Shown here: piece after piece, positions 21,154-30,944 of the stretch
Numbering within the stretch: position 1 is the first letter of the stretch
Layout: the number at the start of each line of letters is the position of its first letter
NCBI GenBank assembly: GCA_963833985.1
Contig: CAWIAD010000002.1
Location: 5,088,001 to 5,152,000 of the forward strand
Length of the DNA: 64,000 nt
Reading direction: 5' to 3'
Origin: an uncultured Planctomycetaceae bacterium
GTDB lineage: Bacteria; Planctomycetota; Planctomycetia; Isosphaerales; Isosphaeraceae
Notes under the pieces: generated by a model
What the model saw: the letters and a program-made list of their open reading frames with translations, nothing else
The model's database searches: none
What the model was told of the DNA's origin: nothing
Position numbers and translations under genes: made by a program

Positions 21154-22530
21154 GTGCGAAACCCGCTCCTGGTTCCCGACCTGCGCGAACTGATCCAGGG
21201 CGGGGAAGTGACCGCGCTGCGCGAGTTCATCGAAGACCAGCACCCCGGGCGGATCGCCGAGCTGATCGAGGACCTCGAAGCCGACGACGGCGACGCCCTC
21301 TTCCGGATTCTCCTGCCCCGCGACCGCGCCGAGGTCCTGAGCTACCTCAATACCGAGGCGCAGGACCGGATCGTCGAATCCATGCCCGCTCAGGAAGCGG
21401 CCGAGTTGCTGCATCACATGTCGCACGATGAGCGGGCCGACCTGGTCAACAGGCTCGACGAGGATTTTGTCGACGTGGTACTGCCCCACCTGGCGCAGGC
21501 CGAACGCGAGGACATTCGCCGCCTGGCCAGCTACGAGCCGGGCACCGCCGGTGCGGCCATGACCACGGATTATGTCACCTTGCCGGCACACATCACCGTG
21601 CGCGAGGCGCTGGATCGCCTGAGGCACGACGCTCCCGATCGCGAGACCATCTACTACTGCTACGTCGTGGACCACAATCGCCGGCTCATCGGTTTCGTGT
21701 CGCTCAAGAACCTGATCCTGTCGCGCCGGTCCGCACTGATCGAAGACATCATGCAGCGCGACGTCATCTTTGGCCGCCTCGACGAGGATCAGGAAGCGGT
21801 GGCGCGGCAGATCGACAAGTACGACTTGCTCGCCCTGCCGATCGTCGACTCCACGGGCCGGCTCGTGGGCATCATCACGCACGACGACGCCATGGACATC
21901 CTCCGCCAGGAACAGACCGAGGACATCCTCAAGTTCGGCGGCGTCTCTCCCGATCCCGAGGCCGATACGGCGCCCTACTGGCAAAGCACGGTCATCGACG
22001 TGGTCCGGCGGCGAATCAAATGGCTCTTGATGCTCTTTGTTGCCGAGAATCTGACTTATCCGGTGCTCGAGTATTACAACTGGATGATGGACCCGAAGCA
22101 CTTCCCCGCGCTGAATTTCTTTCTCGCACTGATGCTCGGGACCGGAGGCAACGCCGGCAGCCAGACGGTCGGCACGATCATTCGTGGAATCGCGCTGGGA
22201 GAGATCAAGGGCCGCGACACCGGGCGAGTCCTGCTTCGGGAATGGGCCATTGGTGTCTTTCTGGGTCTGATGCTCGGCACGGTGGGGCTCTTCTATGCCC
22301 GCTACTGGCGCGGGCAGCCGTGGGGCATTGCCGTGGTGGTTGGCTTGACACTGCTGGGTATTTGCATCTGGGCCAACACCATCGGCGCCCTGGTGCCCTT
22401 GCTGGCCCGCAGGATGGGCATCGACCCGGCCGTCATCTCGGCGCCGTTCATCAGCACCCTTGTGGACGCAACCGGCCTGGTCATCTACTTCAGTACCGCG
22501 ATCCTGCTCTTGATCCGCATGTCGCACTGA
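21154..22530 (+). CDS. mgtE: Magnesium transporter MgtE
   Basis: MgtE N domain, CBS pair, GTGGNAGSQT and DPAVISAPFISTLVD TM motifs. Confidence 0.95.
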   Translation: MRNPLLVPDLRELIQGGEVTALREFIEDQHPGRIAELIEDLEADDGDALFRILLPRDRAEVLSYLNTEAQDRIVESMPAQEAAELLHHMSHDERADLVNRLDEDFVDVVLPHLAQAEREDIRRLASYEPGTAGAAMTTDYVTLPAHITVREALDRLRHDAPDRETIYYCYVVDHNRRLIGFVSLKNLILSRRSALIEDIMQRDVIFGRLDEDQEAVARQIDKYDLLALPIVDSTGRLVGIITHDDAMDILRQEQTEDILKFGGVSPDPEADTAPYWQSTVIDVVRRRIKWLLMLFVAENLTYPVLEYYNWMMDPKHFPALNFFLALMLGTGGNAGSQTVGTIIRGIALGEIKGRDTGRVLLREWAIGVFLGLMLGTVGLFYARYWRGQPWGIAVVVGLTLLGICIWANTIGALVPLLARRMGIDPAVISAPFISTLVDATGLVIYFSTAILLLIRMSH

Positions 22531-22561
22531 GGCCCGGTCTCGATTGTGCCATCCGGGTTGC

Positions 22562-23491
22562 TCACGAGTTCGGGTAGATCCGCCCATGCAGCCGTGACGT
22601 GGCCCACTGAGGCCGGCGCCGGAACCATACGAGATCCACCGCGTGTGCGTGATAGGTAAGCCCCAGCATCCGCATGACCACCATCCCCTCGTACAGGAGG
22701 AATACCCAGAAGGCCCAGAGGGCCACGGCTTCCATCCACATCTTCGGCATCCGGAAGAGTAGGCCGTAGACGCCCAGGGCCGCCAGCACCGCGGCGACAC
22801 TGGCAACAAGGCAAGGAAGCAGGTAGGCCCAGCCCACGCGGAAGATGGCGAGGAACACGGTGACGGGGTTGGCGGCGATGATCGTATCGTGCAAGAGGGC
22901 CGCCGCCAGCGCCATCTGGCCAAAGGCCGTTCCGGCGATGACCAGGTCGATGATCACGAACCCGTGCAGCCAGTCGATCTTGTGGACGTAGGCCCAGTAC
23001 AGGACCACGGGCAATCCCCCGATCGCCACACCCTGGATGACGGCCCAGAGCCAGCGGAAGATTCCCTCGGAGATCTCGGCCGGGTGCCATTCTGGCCAGC
23101 GGGGATGATCGTTTTCCCCCATGGCGCTGGAGACCAGCACGTATCCCAGGAACAGCAGCACGTATCCCAGCGTCATCACGAAGCTGAACATGAGCGGCAG
23201 GAAGACGGGCAGGACCGCCAGCCCGAGTGCCCAGTTGCTCTTGGTCTGGTCCAGAAAGGCGATGAAGTCGAAGATCGGCAGCGAGAGCCCCCACAAAGCC
23301 GGCGGAAAGAGCACGAGCAGACCCAGCCCGGGACCATCGGAAAGGGGGTAGAGCAAGCACTCGCCAAGACCCGGCATGACCCGCGGATGCCGCCACCGCA
23401 AGGCGGCATACGAGACTTCGCTGTCGGAACGGGCGACCACGCGGAGTGCCTGTGAGCCTTCGGGGTCGTACCATCGCTTCGGTCTGGCCAT
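22562..23491 (-). CDS. Multi-pass membrane hypothetical protein
   Basis: About 6 hydrophobic helices; AGGAGA-like RBS upstream. Confidence 0.7.
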   Translation of the reverse strand: MARPKRWYDPEGSQALRVVARSDSEVSYAALRWRHPRVMPGLGECLLYPLSDGPGLGLLVLFPPALWGLSLPIFDFIAFLDQTKSNWALGLAVLPVFLPLMFSFVMTLGYVLLFLGYVLVSSAMGENDHPRWPEWHPAEISEGIFRWLWAVIQGVAIGGLPVVLYWAYVHKIDWLHGFVIIDLVIAGTAFGQMALAAALLHDTIIAANPVTVFLAIFRVGWAYLLPCLVASVAAVLAALGVYGLLFRMPKMWMEAVALWAFWVFLLYEGMVVMRMLGLTYHAHAVDLVWFRRRPQWATSRLHGRIYPNS

Positions 23492-23662
23492 GATCTCCTC
23501 GGCACGACGGGGGCGACATGAACTCCGGGCTTGTGGAGTCCGGACTCCGCGATCGGGCCAGTGAGTCAGGGATGGCCAGAGGCCTCGATCGCGGCAACAC
23601 CCAAGAACTTAGCAGACGTGATGCCGCGGATGCGATACACAAATGCGCCAGACCGCACAGGG

Positions 23663-24961
23663 TCACCCTTTGTACCCGCGCAGTGCACTCCGACTTCCCA
23701 TGTTCCGAAGGGTAAACGGAAGGAGGAACGGACTGAACATCGTGCGTATGACAAGCCGACGCAGCCACATCCGCGCATGCTTGCCGGGGACCATCTGCCC
23801 TGCCAGCTTCACGGCAGCCGCCTGCTTGCGCTCCACATGGGGCCTGAGAAAACGCTCGTACGCAAGGAAAGCAGGGGCGTGGTCGTCGGGACGACGCAGG
23901 AGCTCCGTTGCCAGCACGTACGCCCCGGCCATGGCCATGTGCGAACCTTGACCGGCCGCCAGGGTGAGGCAGCCGCAGGCATCCCCGATCAGACAGACGC
24001 GGCCGGTCGACCAGCGTGGCATGCGAATCTGGGTCAGTGAATCCAGGAAGAACGGGACGCTCGCGGACACGCTTTCGAGGACCCGCGACGCAATCCAGCC
24101 TGAGTCCGCGAACTGTTTCTGTAGCCAGGCCAATCGGTTTTCGGATCGATCCGGACCAGGGGCGTTGCGGCGAAACAGGTACATTGCATCCATCATCTCG
24201 TCGGACATCGAGTAGAAGGCAGTGAGCCGGTCGGTCTCCTCGTGCAGGACGACCGAGCGCTCGGCTTCCGGCACGAGTGGAGCATGGAAGGCCGCGACCT
24301 GATACCCGAGGTCACGTGCAAACGAAGTTTCGGGGCCGAAGGCAAGCTCACGGACTCGCGAGTGCACGCCATCAGCGCCGATGACAAGTGGAAACTCGCC
24401 TGTCTCGCCGTCGTCGAAGGCGACGTTGACTCGATCCTTCCCGGCCACCATCGACGCGATGGACGTGCCGAAGCGCACGGAGACGCCGGCCTGCCTGGCT
24501 CTGTCAAAAAGAATGCGTTCCAGGTCCGAGCGCAGGAGGTAAACATAGCGGCCGTTCAGAGCCCGTCGAACCTGATCCAGAGGAAGATTCAGGTGAGCGC
24601 GTCCCGATGCATCAACATAGCGCATGACGTCGAGCGGGTAGCGTATTGCCCGCAGATCGTCGGTCAATCCCATCCTTTCCGCGACGTCCCATCCCGTTCC
24701 GAAGAAGTCCATCATGTAGCCTTCGGAACGAGAACTGGGCTCGCGTTCGATGACCAGCGTGTTCCAGCCGCGCTCCTGTAGCAGGGTCGAAAGCGTCAGA
24801 CCCGCAATCCCGCCGCCGGAGATGAGAACGGATGATTGAGCCGACGTGGTGGCAGACCCTGATTCCGAGAAAGCGTGCCGGAACCCTGACAGGAAGGTAG
24901 GTCGAATCTGGTGTTCGATGGGACAGGTACACGGTGAGACGGGGAGTGCCGGGGCAAGCAA
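23663..24961 (-). CDS. FAD-dependent monooxygenase/oxidoreductase
   Basis: ISGGGIAG, VIGADGVHSRVR, RVCLIGDA..GQG motifs; true start probably downstream of 24961. Confidence 0.88.
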   Translation of the reverse strand: MLAPALPVSPCTCPIEHQIRPTFLSGFRHAFSESGSATTSAQSSVLISGGGIAGLTLSTLLQERGWNTLVIEREPSSRSEGYMMDFFGTGWDVAERMGLTDDLRAIRYPLDVMRYVDASGRAHLNLPLDQVRRALNGRYVYLLRSDLERILFDRARQAGVSVRFGTSIASMVAGKDRVNVAFDDGETGEFPLVIGADGVHSRVRELAFGPETSFARDLGYQVAAFHAPLVPEAERSVVLHEETDRLTAFYSMSDEMMDAMYLFRRNAPGPDRSENRLAWLQKQFADSGWIASRVLESVSASVPFFLDSLTQIRMPRWSTGRVCLIGDACGCLTLAAGQGSHMAMAGAYVLATELLRRPDDHAPAFLAYERFLRPHVERKQAAAVKLAGQMVPGKHARMWLRRLVIRTMFSPFLLPFTLRNMGSRSALRGYKG

Positions 24962-25015
24962 GGAAATACCCCGGCACTCTCAGGAGACGATGATCGAGCC
25001 CAAGACGAGCCGTTG

Positions 25016-26788
25016 TCAGAGTGCGCTCAGGTCGGCCGCGACCACACGCGTGCCTTCCTTCATGTGAAGACGCTTGACCTCATCGGGCGTCGCCGAGACG
25101 GTCAGGCTCTTCTGGGGTGGCAGGCTGAGGCCCTGGAGCACCGAAGGAGCGAGCTCTTCGGCCTTGCTCGATCCGCTCACGGCCAGGCCGTTGAGGATCA
25201 GCGGCGAATCATTGATGATCTTGATCCGGAAAGTCTCCTTGCCGTGGAGCCGCGGGCCGTGGCCGAAAGTGATGCGCACCAACCGCGACACCATGGCCTC
25301 GGCCAGCACGTCGGCCAGCCGCGCCGCAGCAAGCTGCCGCTTCTGCTCGGCGGTCGGCGCCGGGGTGCCCTTGGCGCGGTCGACCGCGGGCTCGTCGAGC
25401 GCGGAGAGCTTGAGCCGGAACCGATCCACCAGGACCCAATCCGCGCCGGAAGGATGGCTGGCACTGAGCTTGACCTCGATGGCCGATTTGGTGATCTCCG
25501 CCCGGCAGGCGACGGAGGGACCAGCAGGCCGATCCGGCACGCCTTCCTTCGCGTTCAGACCCAGAACGGGGTATTTGTCCCACAGCGAACGCAAGCCCGA
25601 GATCAGCTCGCCGCGATCCTGACTGGCGGCCTTGAGATCCCAGTAGAGAGTTCCGGTTTCCGGTTTCAGGTCCTTCGAGGCCGTATCACCTTGTGCCATG
25701 GTGGCGACGAAATTCTTCGCCAGCGCAATCTCGTAAGCATTGCCCCAGCCCTGTGAAAGCCGACCGATGTCCTCCCAGCTTGCACCCGCGGTGACATACC
25801 AGATCACCATCTGCGCGATCGTCGGCGGCGCCTTCGCTTCTCCCAGTTGTTTGAGCGCCGTCAGGGTTCGCTTGTCATCGGTCCATTGCTTCACATCGCT
25901 GACGCGCAGGGTCTCACCCTCCGCCGGAACCAGCGGCATCGAATTCGCGCCTGGACCGTTCATGCTGACGACACTCGTTGGCAAATGACGCTCCTGTTTC
26001 GGTTGCAGTGTGGTCTCGTAGGGACCGGTCGGAGGCACGGACATCATACCCATGCCACCGCCCATCCCACCCATGCCGCCCATGCCACCGCCCATGCCGC
26101 CACCCATACCACCACCCATACCACCCATGCCACCCATCATGCCGATGCGGAGCGATCGCTGGTCCCAGCTATCGTAATCGCCGCACAGGTACATGATCAG
26201 GCGGGAGAGCATCATCATGCCCATGATGGGAGACATCGTTCCACCACCGCGGCCCATACCACCGCCCATGCCGCCCCGCATACCGCCGCCCATGCCACCG
26301 CCCATTCCACCGCCCATTCCACCGCCCATGCCGCCACCCATTCCACCGCCCATGCCGCCACCCATGCCGCCCATGCCGCCGCCCATGCCGCCCATGCCGC
26401 CACCAAACTGGCCGGTGGTGCCGGAGAGGATGAGACCCGGCGGCAGCACAACGCGCAGCTTGGAACTGGTCTTGTTGGTGATGGAGAGCGTGATACGCCC
26501 ATCGCCGCGGCCCTGGGCGACCGCCGAGATCTTGCCGGTGCGAATGCCTTCGAGCACATCGATCGAGACGGGCTCGGACTCGGCGCCTTGCGGCTGGGCC
26601 GGGGCCAGATCCTTTTGCGATGTGGTATCTGATGTCGTCTTGGTGCTCGTCCTCGAATGCGAAGTGCGCAGCTTCCTGGAAGTCTGCGCATCCGCGAACG
26701 GGCTCAGGAGCAGGACTGCGGAGATCACCGTGCTAACACTGATAAAGTTGAATATTCGTTGCTTTTTCCGATTCGATTGCGCGTTCAT
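25016..26788 (-). CDS. Secreted hypothetical protein with two Gly/Met (GGGM)n blocks
   Basis: Signal peptide ending ADA-Q; GM repeats at about 26040-26145 and 26245-26405. Confidence 0.75.
   Translation of the reverse strand: MNAQSNRKKQRIFNFISVSTVISAVLLLSPFADAQTSRKLRTSHSRTSTKTTSDTTSQKDLAPAQPQGAESEPVSIDVLEGIRTGKISAVAQGRGDGRITLSITNKTSSKLRVVLPPGLILSGTTGQFGGGMGGMGGGMGGMGGGMGGGMGGGMGGGMGGGMGGGMGGGMRGGMGGGMGRGGGTMSPIMGMMMLSRLIMYLCGDYDSWDQRSLRIGMMGGMGGMGGGMGGGMGGGMGGMGGMGGGMGMMSVPPTGPYETTLQPKQERHLPTSVVSMNGPGANSMPLVPAEGETLRVSDVKQWTDDKRTLTALKQLGEAKAPPTIAQMVIWYVTAGASWEDIGRLSQGWGNAYEIALAKNFVATMAQGDTASKDLKPETGTLYWDLKAASQDRGELISGLRSLWDKYPVLGLNAKEGVPDRPAGPSVACRAEITKSAIEVKLSASHPSGADWVLVDRFRLKLSALDEPAVDRAKGTPAPTAEQKRQLAAARLADVLAEAMVSRLVRITFGHGPRLHGKETFRIKIINDSPLILNGLAVSGSSKAEELAPSVLQGLSLPPQKSLTVSATPDEVKRLHMKEGTRVVAADLSAL
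26245..26405 (-). repeat. 9/12-bp codon repeats encoding (GG(G)M)n
   Basis: Tandem CCGCCCATG/CCACCCATG units on the plus strand. Confidence 0.85.
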
Positions 26789-27061
26789 GTTTCGAACCCC
26801 TCCGGATCTGTAAGACGTGTCAAAAGATGGTATTCCCGGCTCACGGACGCGAGCACGCCGTTTCGAGGTGCAACCTGACCGTGCGGAGACGAGCCCCTCA
26901 CGGAAACGATCCCGCCCTGGAGTGCAGGTTCGTGGATCAGTGATTGGCAGCGGCATGACCCGGCCTGAAGATGCAGTGCGCAGCGTCATGCCCGAAGTGG
27001 GTGCGGGCACGCGAAGGCCGACGCTCGATCCTTCAAGCGCCGCCGAAGCGGAATTGATGCC

Positions 27062-27412
27062 TTAACAGCGTAGAGGAGGCAGAGGTGATGTCTCCACCTG
27101 ATTCAGACAGGAGAAATGAGCAGCAGTCGGTGAGGAATGCGGGAGGCGAGAGAACTGCCCATAGGTGTGGAGCGGCGGCGTTCCCTCGAGTTTGCCCTTC
27201 GCAAAACCTGCCACGGCGCGGAAGCCGTTGAGGGCACCCGGATGGGTGACGATGCGAACTCGCGCCACCGACCGTGTGGTATCGCTCTGTCGTGGGCAAC
27301 GGAGTAGTGAGCGACCGTTCGGGGCGCGAAAGGGAGCGGCCACGTTCGCGATCAGCAGGATCAGCGAGAGGAAAGCTCGAAGGGTGTTGTGAGACGGACT
27401 GAACGCGGGCAT
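27062..27412 (-). CDS. Small protein: N-terminal hydrophobic segment, C-terminal PLPPLRC
   Basis: 116 aa; FLSLILLIANVAAPF hydrophobic stretch; lies upstream of the GM-repeat gene. Confidence 0.45.
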   Translation of the reverse strand: MPAFSPSHNTLRAFLSLILLIANVAAPFRAPNGRSLLRCPRQSDTTRSVARVRIVTHPGALNGFRAVAGFAKGKLEGTPPLHTYGQFSRLPHSSPTAAHFSCLNQVETSPLPPLRC

Positions 27413-28057
27413 AGTGTGGCCTCAGTCATGTCTCCGACGGTAATGACCTCTCCGAAAATAACACTCAACCTGATGGCGGTCAAGCAGCGCAGTTAAGAAA
27501 AGAGGACGAAATAACTCGTTAAGAAATCTGCATGATCGGGTTTCGTCAATCTCGCCAGGAAAAATAGAGGGAAGAGTAAGATCGGCCTGCGATGGACGGA
27601 CGATAGCGCTTGGCCAACCAGGCAGTCGGACCCAATCACCATGCATTCCGCATTCCAGATTCCAGACACCGATCTTGACGAGATCGACCTCGGCCGGTCT
27701 CATACGGCTACGGGAATTCTCGGTCAGCCCGTATCTTGCGTGGGCCCGATGTCGCGGCCTCGCTCCTTCGTGCCAGACCGGGAACTCGGCTCTGGCGCGG
27801 GCAGCCCTTCCTTGTGGTTCCTACAGCCAGAGGCATCAACCGTGAGACGGCATTGCAATGCGCCTTCTTGCTGTTCTGATAATATATGGAAGCGGCTAGA
27901 ATGTGTCATTCTTACAATCCGTACCATGAAACGCAAAAATCGTAAACCAGGCACGCTGATTTGCCGCTTGTGAGAAAGAGACGCGTCTCGGCGAATGCGC
28001 GCGGTGCGCCCTCAGGAGCGCATGGGTGTTTGGTTCGTCAAGGAAGATGGTGTGTGC

Positions 28058-28513
28058 ATGGCCCACAGGCTTGCGGTCAGATTGGTCGTCCTGCTCGTTC
28101 TGACGGTTGCACAATCGTTCCAGGCGGTCACTCCCGATATTGCCAATCTCGCATCCAGTAGACTGCTGAGGATGGCCGGGTGCATGGGAAGGCCAGTGGG
28201 CCAGCCGACGCGTGAACATCGGAGCGTACTTACGTCCACGAGACATCACGCCGCGACGTCGACTCCCGCTCCCTTGCTCCCGCCGGAAGAATGGACCCGG
28301 TACGACCTTTCCGATCAGGTGTGCGTGGCATCCTCTCGTCCGCTTGACCCAATCAAAACCAAACGTGTCTGGCATGTCCCCGCATTCGGGCAGTCTGCTG
28401 ATACCGCCAGCACACAGAGCATGAACCCATCTGACCTGAATTCGCAGTCCGTCTTCAAATCGGCTCATCACAGTTCTGCTGTAGTCCATTCCCTCTGCCG
28501 GATGACCTGCTGA
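28058..28513 (+). CDS. Small protein: N-terminal hydrophobic segment, TPD..NLAS motif, C-terminal LCRMTC
   Basis: 151 aa; LVVLLVLTVAQ; first ORF of the plus-strand cluster. Confidence 0.55.
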   Translation: MAHRLAVRLVVLLVLTVAQSFQAVTPDIANLASSRLLRMAGCMGRPVGQPTREHRSVLTSTRHHAATSTPAPLLPPEEWTRYDLSDQVCVASSRPLDPIKTKRVWHVPAFGQSADTASTQSMNPSDLNSQSVFKSAHHSSAVVHSLCRMTC

Positions 28514-28778
28514 GACTTTGCGCTCCGCGTTTCCGCGCCAATTCCCGATCACTGTGCCGTTGCATACGAAGAAAGCCCGAACCTCCCTGGCGGGAAAGAT
28601 GGCCGCAGGCACCGTGCAGGGGCAGGAGCAGCGCGGATCACGCCGCGGGCCTCGCAACTCCGTACCAGGGTCTCGTGGTCTCGGAGCCGGCGCATGCCTC
28701 GACGCGGGACTCTCCCGGCTGAGGCATTCTTGAATCATACTTTAAAAATGAATAACTTCAAAACAGGGGGCTACTTCC

Positions 28779-29096
28779 ATGGATCGTCACTTCACTATAC
28801 TTGCGTACTTCAGTCCGGAAACCGTCATGCCTGTCACCTCGATCATCGCCACGGCGGTGGCAATGGTGATGATGTTCGGCAGGCAGATTTTCAGCGTGCT
28901 GGGCGTCTGGCTTCGCAGGCAGAGGCGGCAAGTTCGCAGCAGCGAGGCGGACAGCAGACCGCACTTCAGGCTCGACAGCGGACGGGCGCGGGCGAAAAAT
29001 CGGATGCCGAAACCAGTGGATGCCTCGGGCGGTCCTGAAGACCGAAGCATCCCGAGCCATCCGGCGCGACCACGTGCCAGGAGGACCTGGTCTTGA
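28779..29096 (+). CDS. Small single-TM protein (AYFSPET motif) coupled to the phosphodiesterase gene
   Basis: LAYFSPETVMPVTSIIATAVAMVMMFGR then basic tail; TTGA overlap with the next gene. Confidence 0.6.
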   Translation: MDRHFTILAYFSPETVMPVTSIIATAVAMVMMFGRQIFSVLGVWLRRQRRQVRSSEADSRPHFRLDSGRARAKNRMPKPVDASGGPEDRSIPSHPARPRARRTWS

Positions 29097-30944
29097 AGAA
29101 GGTGATCGTGATCGGGCTCGACGGGCTGGAACCGACCATTGTTCAGGGCATGCTCAGCGCCGGAGAACTTCCAAACCTGGCAAAGCTGGCCGCACGCGGG
29201 GCATTCACCCGAGTCGCGACCACGACACCCGCGCAAACGCCCGTCGCCTGGTCCACATTCGCCACCGGAACAAACCCCGGAGGTCATGGAATCTTCGACT
29301 TCATCCGCCGGGACCCCCGGACTTATCTGCCGGACCTGGCGCTGAACCGCTACGAGACCCGGGGCGCGTTCCTGCCCCCCAGGGCTGTCAACATGCGGCG
29401 TGGGACGACGGTCTGGGAGCTCTTCGAGCGCTGCTGGCATCCCCTCGACCATCGTCCGCTGCCCGGTGACTTATCCCCCCGACGTTTTTCGCGGCAAGAT
29501 GCTCTCGGGCATGGGCGTTCCCGACCTGCGCGGAGGCCTCGGCACAACTTCCTTTTACTCGTCCGATCGCGGGACCCAATCGCGTGAAAGCGAGAACCTG
29601 ATCCACGTCGAGATCCGACACGACGGGACGATCGAGACATACCTCATCGGCCCGCGGAACCCGAAGGATCGGTCGGACACTCATCTCTCCATGACCCTTC
29701 AGATCGATCCGGCCACAAGGCGCGTGCAACTGCGCTCCACCGGGCATCCCGCGGTCCTGGAAATTCGTGAAGGTCAGTGGAGTGATTGGCTCCGTGTCCG
29801 TTTCAAGCTGGGGGTGCTCCAGACGATCCGCGGACTGGTGCGCTTTCACCTGGTACGGATCGGGCCTACGTTCGAGCTGTACGCGTCGCCCGTCAACTTT
29901 GATGCCGAGAGCCCCCTGTTCCCCATCAGCCACCCGGCCCTGTATGCCGAGGAGCTTGCCGCGGCCATCGGCACTTACCATACCACGGGTATGGTCGAGG
30001 ATCACACCGGCATCAACAACGAGCGAATCGGCGAGGAAGCGTTCCTGGACCAGTGCAACCTGGCCTGGCGCGAGCGCGAGGCCATGATGCTGCATGAGCT
30101 GGGGCAGTTTGAACGCGGACTCTTCTACTGCCTGTTCGATACGCCCGACCGCGTGCAGCATCTCTTCTGGCGCTTCCGGGAAGCGGATCACCCGGCCAAC
30201 CGTGGGCGGACGATGGACCCTCAGTTCGCCAGGGTCATCGAAGACCAGTACCGGAGAAGCGACTCGGTGGTCGGCCAGGCGCTCGAGTTCGCGGACAATG
30301 AGACTCTCGTGGTCGCGCTTTCCGACCACGGCTTCGGCAGCTTCCGCCGGGGTGTGAACCTGAACACGCTGCTTCTGAACCACGGGCTGCTGGCCCTGGA
30401 GAACGGCCAGCGTCCCGGCCCGGATTGCCGCGACTTGCTGCGCGACGTCGACTGGCCGCGGACCAGTGCCTACGCGCTGGGACTGGGCGGAATCTATCTC
30501 AACCTCAAAGGGCGCGAGGCTGGAGGCATCGTCGAGGCGGACGCGGCAGACGGGCTGAAGGCGGCGATCGCCGAGCGGCTCACCGGCCTGATGGACACTG
30601 CCTCCGGCTCGATCGCCATCCGCGGTGTGCGTCCTCGAGAGGCGGTTTACTCGGGCGCTTTCGCCGGCGACGCGCCCGATCTGCTGGTCGACTTCGCGCC
30701 TGGCTACCGCGCCTCGTGGGGAACCTCACTGGGCGGTGTTCCGGAGGGGGTCCTGGAAGACAACACTCGAAAATGGAGCGGTGACCATATCATTGATCCT
30801 CTTCTGGTTCCTGGTGTTCTGTTCATGAATCGACCGGTCTGCTCATCCGATCCGAGTCTGATCGACCTCGCCCCGACGATACTGGACGCGCTCGGCGTAC
30901 CAAGGGGTAGCGCGATGGAGGGGCGGTCGCTCATTGCGGGATGA
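29093..30944 (+). CDS. Alkaline phosphatase superfamily type I phosphodiesterase/nucleotide pyrophosphatase (frameshift near 29430)
   Basis: VIVIGLDG, QTPVAWSTFATG.NPGGHGIFDF, DRVQH, SDHGF, WSGDH. Confidence 0.85.

Noticed and set aside
26193..26813. Plus-strand poly-Pro/Met ORF (PPPM repeats)
   Set aside because: Antisense shadow of the (GGGM)n repeats of the minus-strand secreted protein.
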